Positions 10,473 through 19,533 of a stretch of DNA of 35,243 nt are shown piece after piece. The notes beneath the pieces are model-generated. The model worked only from the letters and a program-made list of their open reading frames with translations, had not been told where the DNA came from and ran no database searches. The stretch comes from Macrostomum lignano (lineage: Eukaryota): NCBI GenBank assembly GCA_002269645.1, contig NIVC01004776.1, forward strand, positions 1-35,243, in the 5' to 3' direction. A program made the position numbers and the translations under genes. Numbering within the stretch: position 1 is the first letter of the stretch; each line of letters begins with the position of its first letter.

Positions 10473-12070
10473 ATGAGTAAAAGTAACAGTGCCATAATGC
10501 ACAAAGATGCTCACCTCATTGTCTGCCTCATCTGCATGCATAAAGGCAAGGAAATATGCCAGATAAATAAGCACATGCAGTCAGTCATCTCAGAGTTCAA
10601 GATGCATGGCTATAATACACAGGACGATTGGTTACCAAGTGCTCTGCGTACAAAGTACAGGATGCTGCTAGAGTACAAGAAAGGCAACTTTTTGTCTCTG
10701 CTGCCCAACTTTGACCACTCTAAGATTGGAGCCCAGCCTCCTCAAACACAAAGCCAAGCAGCTACTCAATGCAACTATATTGTGTGCCAAGCTGCTAGAG
10801 AAAGCTCTGCAAACTTTGGTTATCTAGCAGTTAATTGGCGACCACAAGGAAGGCCAAGTGCTAACAGTCAAAGTAGGTTTGGTTGCAAGCTGCCTAGTAC
10901 TGTGTCAAAAACTTGGTGCATACCAAGTCAGCATGAAACTCTATATGAAATGCCTGTCACAGCTAAATTGAGGAAAATCCCACGTCTCTACTCCTGCTAC
11001 AAGGGCACATAATGCAGGAAGCTTTTACATGAAGTGGAACCAGCTCAGAGTACATCGAAGCAACCATAGCAACTGAGCTATGGTGGGCATTCAGCAAGAT
11101 ATGGGCCTCAGCACACATACGATGCTGAAGCTGGCTCACTATATCAGAGCAGCATCAGGTTCAAAAACAGCTGCAGAATTGCACCTCCAACAAAAGCTAT
11201 CTGATATTCACCACTAGCTCAACAACTTTTTTGAACTATAACAGTTAGACTTCATCAACATGGAGCAAGGAATTATGGCACAAGTAAAATCATGTCTAGC
11301 TGTTATTTGTGTGCATATTCAGTTGCTTCTCCAGCATATTATTGAAGAAAGACAACTGAACCCATTGACCTATATGATCAAGGTTGGCATTGATGGAGGT
11401 GGTGGGTTCTTCAAGATCTGCCTGTCTGTGTTCGATTCTAGCTGGTATGTTGACTCCCCTGAGCCTTTACAGGCAGCCTGTAGCAACAACTCTTGCAGCA
11501 GTTGGCTAAAGCACTCCTGTGTTAAATTGATTCTTATTGTAGTCATTGCACTAGCCATTCAAGAAAATTACTGAAACCTGGAGTTGCTATGGAGGGCAGC
11601 TAGGCTGAGCAGTCTTAAAAGCAAATTTATTATCACTAGCAACTTGAAGCTGTGCAACATGCTAATAGGGCTCATGGCTCACAGTGCTACTTATCCTTGC
11701 TGCTAGTGTGATGCCTACAAGAATGAGCTGCTATAGAAGGGCGCAGATTGCACATTGAAGCTTCTCGAAGATATCCATGCAAACTTCTAGGCTTCTGGCT
11801 CCAAGCTTGCAGCTGCTAAAAACTTTGGAAATTTGGTATGTCCCTGTCTTCTAGAAAATTTCTTTGCCTACTAAAAATTATACCACTGCCCAAACTGCAC
11901 CTGCTAACTGGAATGGTAAATAGGCCCTACCATTTACTGTGGTATGCAATCAGTATAGTCAGAGTATGACAAATGGTTGCATCACTGCCACATTGCTAGG
12001 GAGGCAATTCATGGAAGCAGCTTTACTAGCAATAGCTGCAAAGTACTGCAGAATGTTGAGGTTCTAGCAT
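10473..12070 (+). pseudogene. Decayed DDE transposase of the Chapaev/Transib (RAG1-related) type
   Basis: Colinear motifs across stops and frameshifts: Cys-rich N-terminus (VCLICMHK, LPSALRTKYR, CNYIVCQAAR), KVGIDGGGGFFKICL, QENY*NL, SNLKLCNMLIGLMAHSATYPCC*CD, PLPKLHLLTGMVN, HGSSFTSNSCK. Their order matches the D...DxK...CxxC...LH..G...F.GN core recalled for this superfamily. Termini not found. Confidence 0.7.
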
Positions 12071-13307
12071 CAATGTACCCATTGTAGTGCTTGCCATATA
12101 TTGCCACACTGCACTGCTTCAGGCTTATTGTGTCTGGCTGATTTAGCAATGAACTGGCCTCCAATTTCTAGCAGAACATTGCAAATTTTAAGGGGCATTT
12201 ATGGACCTTGGGATTTTAGTGACCCCAATCAATTAATGACTGGAAGCCTATTTAGCAATGCAGTAAAAAACTATGCAATATATTTTAATAGGCCATTGAA
12301 TTGAAATTAAGAATTTTTGTATAAGGACTCAGGGAGGACAATATAATATAACATTAACAAGCTTTTTGTTACATAAAAAAATAATTGGCTATTTTTAGCT
12401 TTGCTTTTATTTTTCTATCTAGGCCAATATTTTTTCTATATTAAAATGATTGCTATAGCTATAAAAGCCCACTTGAAAAATAGATATATTTATTATAGAT
12501 AGGCCTATTTTAAAAATAATACCATAATAGATTAAAAAGGTCTCAAAATGTATTTCTATAGAGATTTTTGAAAAAATGGCCACCTTAGATTTTTACTATC
12601 AATGTCATTAATTAATAGATCATATTTTTTCTAGAAGGAATACTACAAGAATAAAAAAATCTATCAAGTAATTGCTGAGAAACAAACTATTTTTCTATTT
12701 TTTCATGCTGTTTTATACATCTTTATTCTTTTCCTTAGATAGGCCTATAGGCTATTTGTCATCTTTGCATTAACACTATATAGCATACTTTTATAAAATG
12801 CTAGACAATATAAGGCAAGTCGCAAGAAGCAGAGTTTATCATTTGCATAAATGAAGCATTCAATATTTCAATAAGATGACCATTGGCTAATGACATTAGT
12901 TTAAAAATATAATTTTATACTAGGGCCTATCATCATATAAAATTGGCAACCTATGCAGTAGATGCTCTAGCTGGTTTACTAAAAATTTACTAAGAGTTTC
13001 AGATATATAAAAATTACTGGCTAGAGATAGTAGTTTATGGAGAAGTCTATCTTTCGTGCCAATGCCAATATTAAATTGTATTTTTGTACCAATAATAGGT
13101 AGGCCTAATATTTATAGTGTAGGCCTATGCCTAGCTAGGGCGATGGGCCTAGCTAGGGGGCCTGCCTACCCTACTGTTTGTGCCAACTCAGCCCCAATGG
13201 CCCAACATTCAATGTTTTAAAGAAATCCTAGGCCTTACTTAAGTCGTTCTTGACAGAATGACAGTGACACCGTGACTTTGTTTTATATCCTACTCAATAC
13301 AAGATGA

Positions 13308-13468
13308 CAGTGGCGCAACCAGGGGGGGGGGGGGGTCGCCCCCCTTTAGGTGGAGACCAGAAAAAATCTAAGGGGACCAAGCGAATTTTCATTTAAAAAC
13401 AGAGCCCCCTCCCAGGTCTTTACCCTCCAGAATCCAACACCCTCAAAAAAATTCTGGTTGCGCTACTG
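13308..13468. mobile_element. 161-bp MITE-like element with 15-bp TIRs
   Basis: CAGTGGCGCAACCAG (13308-13322) and CTGGTTGCGCTACTG (13454-13468), 1 mismatch; internal G run; no convincing TSD. Confidence 0.7.
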
Positions 13469-14584
13469 TAAATCGACAATAGGCCTGATTTCATTTGAGC
13501 GATTTGCAACTCGCAGCTCATACTTTTGAAGTTTGAAATTTTAAATATTTGGTCGATAATAATAGGACTAAGATAGGCCTAGGTCAATCTCTGCTCCAAG
13601 CCGTGCAGAAAGGAATATTGGATGGACGTCATTATAGAGAAAAGTCTACAATTTTTATAATAGTATCAAAAAAATGAGAGTTGAATAAATGAATTAAGTG
13701 AATTCCTCTAATTAATTTTACGACTTTCAAATAGGGGAGCAAGGGAGCAAGCTTGCGGCATTGATATTATAATAGTTAAACAAAAATATTTTATAGTAAA
13801 CTCAAAAGCTTTTCTAAAGACAAACAGACAGGAACACATAAATTTTGTTTATATAATTAAAAATTTGCTGACATGACATGCCAATGGAAGTAGAATAATT
13901 CGCGAAAATTATTTTAAACTGCGACAGTTTTGTTGCAAAGCGCGCAATTTTCTACAAGGAACTAAACTTACTGTATTACTGCTAGTTTTTTGTCGCATTT
14001 AGGAAGTATAGTTTTAAGTTCGTTAGTATAAAATTTATCCAATCGAATTCTTTTTATGTTCTTGGCGTATTTTTTGTTACTTTGTTCGAAATACTATACA
14101 AAAAGACTGTCTTCTTTTTGAAAAGTATCAATACAAATGCGCTGATCTTTATGTAATTTATCCATGTATTTGCTTTTTCTTTACTGGAAAAAATGAAAAA
14201 ATGTCTATTTATCTCTTCAAAGAAAAACTGATAAGAACTGCTGAAAATAAAATACTTTGGTTTAACAAGTTGTTTAACATTAGCACCCGATCTAGATTTA
14301 AAAGTATTTCTACTTGTGGTTCCTGGATGATACATGTCTACTTTTCCAATGTTTTTATTTTCGTAGTGAATCCTGATAAATTTTATTTGATAAACCCGGA
14401 CTTGTCCAAACAGATTATATGACATGCATGTCTATTCACTTTTCACGCTTTTAACTTCAAAATTGACAAGTTGAAATTTTAATAGAATGCTTAGATTCAG
14501 CAGAATAGATCAGCATTTATATCGTTCATTCTGACTTATGGATGTGGGCCCAGTGAGAGCAAAATACTTTAGGTAAATTTTGCC

Positions 14585-14610
14585 TTAGTTAGTTAGTTAG
14601 TTAGTTAGTT
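14585..14610. repeat. (TTAG)n microsatellite inside a putative 5'-UTR intron (14573-14735) of SNAP-like copy 1
   Basis: Repeat seen directly; AG|GTAAAT donor at 14573 and pyrimidine-rich ttctttccAG acceptor ending 14735, 6 nt before the ATG. Confidence 0.7.
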
Positions 14611-14741
14611 TACTCCCTTTAGTTTAAATAGGCTTTTAGGTGTATTATACCAAAAAATGGCTGCAACTAGCACACATTTTAACAGTAAGCAGCTTTTACG
14701 AATATTTGCTTAGATTTTGATTTCATTCTTTCCAGTTTAAA

Positions 14742-15949
14742 ATGGATCTTAAAAAAATTAAAGAAAGATTTTCTGAACTGAAAGTCAAAGACCATTTGAA
14801 GCAACTGATTTTTGAGTCCGAATCGCCCTCAAAGTTTGTTAATGAAGCGAACCAACTGAAAATGGAAAAGCGATGGGCTGAAGCTGGCGACACGTTCATC
14901 AAAGCAGCTAAGGGCTTTCTTGGTCAGGCTAAATGCGAGTTCGATGCTTCCGACTGTCTGAGCAAAGCTGCCACCAGCTATCTGCTGCAGCAAGACCTTC
15001 GCTGTGCCATTCTCAGTCTGCAGGCGGCTGCGCGGCTGTACGCTGAGCTCGGCCAGTTCAGCATAGCGGCCGGACAGCACGAGAGAATTGCTGAGCTGGC
15101 TGAGAAACTCGAAGAGCTCAGAGTTCGTCAAGGCGGCGGCAACAGGGACCTGATGGACTGGGAGTCTGTGGAGGGCCAAGTCTCTGACGAACGAGCCAGC
15201 GAGATAAAAAACTTATGAAACTTTACCGAGAGAAACGTCCTCCTGAAAATAGATTTTATAAGGAAATTGGAAATCGTATGATAAAATTCTTCAAATTGGA
15301 CAACAGTTCAAAGACAGGAGGCAGCGATCTGCAGAATGACGATCTGCAGAATGACGATCTGCAAGCCAAGACGCTGCATTTCAAGACGCCCAACAACTAT
15401 CAGGCCACCCCCCGCACTGAAGAATTGCAGCCTGAAATGACAGGTGCGACTTCCGAAGCCACAGCTGTGACTGGGCAACAGCAACCGGTGCCCGGCACTA
15501 CCACACCGCTTCAACTGGCCCTGAATCACCTGGAGAAGGCGGCCGACTTCTTCGAGTCCGAGCAGAGCCCGGCCAGCGCCGCCGCCTGTAGCGACAAGCG
15601 AGCCCGCATCGAGGCGGACGGCGGACAACTCGACCGAGCCGCTGACGGCTTCCTCAAACTGGCCGACTGGGCGGCGAGCGACTCAATGCTGAGCAGCTGC
15701 GTCACAGACTATGCGTTCAAAGCCTGCCTGTGCGAGCTGGCAGCCGCTAGCCGATCCGACAGGCTTCAGTCTGGACTGCGGCACCTCGGCCGGAGCGACG
15801 AGGCCGACCTCGTCAAGGCTTTGGCTGGAGCTACGAGCGTTGCCGCCTTCGACGAAGCGCTGATCGCCTTCCAGAGATTCAACAACGTCGACGACTGGTG
15901 CGAGAGACGCCTGAAGGAGGTCAAAGGTCGCCTACCCCCTTCGACTTGA
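14742..15949 (+). CDS. Divergent alpha-SNAP (NSF attachment protein)-like gene, copy 1; split into ORFs 14742-15218 and 15215-15949 by a 1-nt shift at an A6 run; ~402 aa if restored
   Basis: EANQLKMEKRWAEAGDTF...DASDCLSKAA...AARLYAELGQFSIAAGQHERIAEL and ALNHLEKAADFFESEQSPASA...DSMLSSCVTDYAFKACLC...DEADLVKAL...FNNVDDW align with alpha-SNAP (AANMFKMAKNWSAAGNAF; YTDMGRFTIAAKHHISIAE; HYEQSADYYKGEES; DYFFKAALC; LDQW). Confidence 0.8.
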
Positions 15950-16342
15950 AATCTTGAAATCTTGTGTAGTGCAAACTGTAGTGTGCTGTCGGCAGGTGTT
16001 CTGGGGTTTATACTCTATTATAACTTTCTACCTATGTTCACTTTTTCTGTGATTTAATCGCATTCTTATTTTCTCTTCTCGACTCCCGTTTCGTACTATT
16101 TTTCACAGATCATTAATTGTTACGGATTTGTAAAACCAAACGGTGAATTTTGCAGGCAAAACATGTGCCCTTAAAAGGGCCGTTTTAGCGTATTTCAAAA
16201 ACGCAGATTTTTTTGCTGCTAAGTGACCTGCTCTGTGGTAAGTTATTCATCGTTGATTAAGATGTCCTAGTAACTTTGAAAAATATTTTGAACTACAATG
16301 GTCAAGTAGCATCTTTTACAGCTGTGCATTTTTCTTTTAATT

Positions 16343-17343
16343 GCTAGATTAGCAATCCAGCAACAGGCCTTCATAACCAACAGCTAGATTAGCAATCCAG
16401 CAACAGGCCTTCATAACCAACAGCTAGATTAGCAATCCTACAACAGGCCTCCAAAACCAACAGCTAGATTAGCAATCCAACAACAGGCCTTCATAACCAA
16501 CAGCTAGATTAGCAATCCAGAAACAGGCCTCCATAACCAACAGCTAGATTAGCAATCCAGAAACAGGCCTCCATAACCAACAGCTAGATTAGCGATCCAA
16601 CAACAGGCCTCCATAACCAACAGCTAGATTAGCAATCCAGCAACAGGCCTCCATAACCAACAGCTAGATTATCAATCCAACAACAGGCCTCCATAACCAA
16701 CAGCTAGATTAGCAATCCAACAACAGGCCTCCATAATCAACAGCTAGATTAGCAATCCAACAACAGGCCTCCATAACCAACAGCTAGATTAGCGATCCAA
16801 CAACAGGCCTCCATAATCAACAGCTAGATTAGCAATCCAACAACAGGCCTCCATAACCAACAGCTAGATTAGCAATCCAACAACAGGCCTCCATAACCAA
16901 CAGCTAGATTAGCAATCCAGCAACAGGCGTCCATAACCAACAGCTAGATTAACAATCCAGCAACAGGCCTCCATAACCAACAGCTAGATTATCAATCCAA
17001 CAACAGGCCTCCATAACCAACAGCTAGATTATCAATCCAGCAACAGGCCTTCATAACCAACAGCTAGATTAGCAATCCAGCAACAGGCCTTCATAACCAA
17101 CAGCTAGATTAGCAATCCTACAACAGGCCTCCAAAACCAACAGCTAGATTAGCAATCCAACAACAGGCCTCCATAACCAACAGCTAGATTAGCAATCCAA
17201 CAACAGGCCTCCATAACCAACAGCTAGATTAGCAATCCAGCAACAGGCGTCCATAACCAACAGCTAGATTAACAATCCAACAACAGGCCTCCATAACCAA
17301 CAGCTAGATTAGCAATCCAACAACAGGCCTCCAAAACCACAGC
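16343..17343. repeat. 40-bp minisatellite (CAGCTAGATTAGCAATCCAGCAACAGGCCTCCATAACCAA)n, ~25 copies
   Basis: Period 40 seen directly; variant blocks recur (TCATAA/TCATAA/CCAAAA units at ~16370-16460 and ~17050-17140). Confidence 0.97.
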
Positions 17344-17348
17344 CCCAC

Positions 17349-18287
17349 ATGTTCCTGTCTCGCAGGAGCCGCTGTCGCCAGCTGGTCCAAGAGGCCAATC
17401 GGCTGAAAGTGCAGAAGCGCTACCTGGATGCGGGGCACAAGTACTTCAGAGCCGCTCGGCTGTCAATGAAAAAGACAAGGAAGAAACAGAGAAGCTTCGA
17501 TGCCGCCCATCACCTTACCGACGCAGCAAATTGCTACGCAAAACGCCAACCAGCATGCGCAGTGCTTTGCCTGCAATCGTCCGCGGCAATTTACGCCGAG
17601 CTCGGCCAATTCAGCCTTGCTGCCGGACAGCACGAGAAAATTGCTGAGCTGGCCGAGAAACTGCCGTCGAACTGCCGATCGGCAGAGTTAGAAGTGGACG
17701 AACAACTCTGTGGTAAGTTGATGCAACTGAAAAGTGCGGCTCTCTCTGGCAAGCCAATTCCTTCTGGCAATTGGAAGCTGATGTGTCTGGGAAAACAGCA
17801 CCAAGAAGCTGGCGAGCTTTGGTTGAATCCTCGCGATCTGGCCCTGAATCACCTGGAGAAGGCGGCCGACTTCTTCGAGTCCGAGCAGAGCCCGGCCAGC
17901 GCCGCCGCCTGTCGCGACAAGCGAGCCCGCATCGAGGCGGACGGCGGACAACTCGACCGAGCCGCTGACGGCTTCCTCAAACTGGCCGACTGGGCGGCGA
18001 GCGACTCAATGCTGAGCAGCTGCGTCACAGACTATGCGTTCAAAGCCTGCCTGTGCGAGCTGGCAGCTGCTAGCCGATCCGACAGGCTTCAGTCTGGACT
18101 GCGGCACCTCGGCCGGAGCGACGAGGCCGACCTCGTCAAGGCTTTGGCTGGAGCTACGAGCGTTGCCGCCTTCGACGAAGCGCTGATCGCCTTCCAGAGA
18201 TTCAACAACGTCGACGACTGGTGCGAGAGACGCCTGAAGGAGGTCAAATTGCGGATTGGGCATTCAAAGAAGCATTCCTTGGTGTGA
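17349..18287 (+). CDS. Divergent alpha-SNAP-like gene, copy 2, 312 aa, intact ORF
   Basis: EANRLKVQKRYLDAGHKY...FDAAHHLTDAANCYAKRQP...IYAELGQFSLAAGQHEKIAEL matches alpha-SNAP; C-terminal half nearly identical to copy 1. Confidence 0.85.
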   Translation: MFLSRRSRCRQLVQEANRLKVQKRYLDAGHKYFRAARLSMKKTRKKQRSFDAAHHLTDAANCYAKRQPACAVLCLQSSAAIYAELGQFSLAAGQHEKIAELAEKLPSNCRSAELEVDEQLCGKLMQLKSAALSGKPIPSGNWKLMCLGKQHQEAGELWLNPRDLALNHLEKAADFFESEQSPASAAACRDKRARIEADGGQLDRAADGFLKLADWAASDSMLSSCVTDYAFKACLCELAAASRSDRLQSGLRHLGRSDEADLVKALAGATSVAAFDEALIAFQRFNNVDDWCERRLKEVKLRIGHSKKHSLV

Positions 18288-19105
18288 TTTGATGATGCGT
18301 TGCTGGGCAGCTTCTTTCTTCTTGTTATTTTTTTATTGCCAGTTTAAGAAGAAAACTTTGAAGCACACATTGTCTACTCATTATTATGAGTATGTAGTAG
18401 TATAGAGATCAGCTATAAAACTAAAACTTCTCGCTAAAACTGACTCAATAGCTAGGGGATGATTTTTACGGGGAAGAGTTGAGTCTTCTTCATAAGGAAA
18501 TTTATGGTCTAGTTTACGTTACTGGCTGTACGTTCTACTCGTACTTGGCTGACGGGCTGTAGTAATCTTATCAGTCGAATATTAATAAATAAACTTAAAT
18601 GTGTTGGCTCCTATTTTGAATCATATCATTGTAACAGTTTCATTAAAATATAATTGAAATCAATGCTACTTTCCCGTGTTTTTCCTGTTTCGTGTTTTCA
18701 GCATTCAAATCTGCTGTGTAAAATGCCTTATTGACTTTAATAGCTTGTACTGCAGCTTTTGTGCTTATTTAATTAGTGCTCTGACCCTTAAAGCGAGGTC
18801 AATAAAAACGAGGTCATCTGTATTTATACAGAACCGATGCTCATGGCTCCTGTTTGACGAGGATCGAATATCTTTATGAATTGTTCTAGTTATGAAAAGT
18901 CTAACAATATGAGCTGGCTTGCAGTGTTTCAGCTCTGTATTCACATGTGCACAGCAAACTGCTGCAGTACACGGATAATTCTCGGCGCATTTATGCCGCT
19001 GTTATCTTAGATATGGCGACTCTCATATTCCATCTTCTACTTGCCACCCCTCTGCAAATTTCATCTCTCTCTCTCCGCTCTACCCCTCGCCGACCTCACC
19101 CCACT

Positions 19106-19119
19106 GTTGCTAGGGCTAC
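19106..19119 (+). promoter_or_regulatory. Candidate RFX X-box upstream of TTLL4
   Basis: GTTGCTAGGGCTAC is close to the palindromic X-box GTTGCYATRGCAAC, ~415 bp before the ATG in a CT-rich upstream region. Confidence 0.4.
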
Positions 19120-19533
19120 GCAAGCAATCTTCTTCTCTTTTCTCTCTCTCTCCTCTCCTCCGCTCAGCTCTTTAACTCTGACTCTGTCGCTTTGCGCTGG
19201 AAACAACATTTTTATTTTCATTCCTAACTGCAACGACAACCCCAGCCGCCAGCACACCACCCCACCCTCCCCGCCTGTGCTCAGTGCGTTTTTGCTGGCT
19301 AAAGAGACGCAGCGGAGACAGGTTCAAGAGAGTTTTTCAACCCAACACATGCCGCTGTCTGCCAGACCCGCCGCCGCCGCTCACAGTTGGGGGCCCGGGC
19401 AATCATTTAACTGTTGAACTGGCCGCACTCTCGGGCACTTGAAATAAGCAGTTTCAGACCCCCACGCTGGGTTAATAAATTGGCAGCATGGTTTATTAAC
19501 AATTTGCCAAAGCACCGCAGCAGCAGTTGAGAA

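Noticed and set aside
9320-13280. Terminal inverted repeats for the transposase relic (e.g. TACAGTGTCCC at ~9323)
   Set aside because: No complementary partner found at the right side of the domain.
16343-17343. Regular 40/41-bp repeats (here and at 24967-25961) as CRISPR arrays
   Set aside because: Head-to-tail units with no unique spacers, no cas genes, eukaryotic context.
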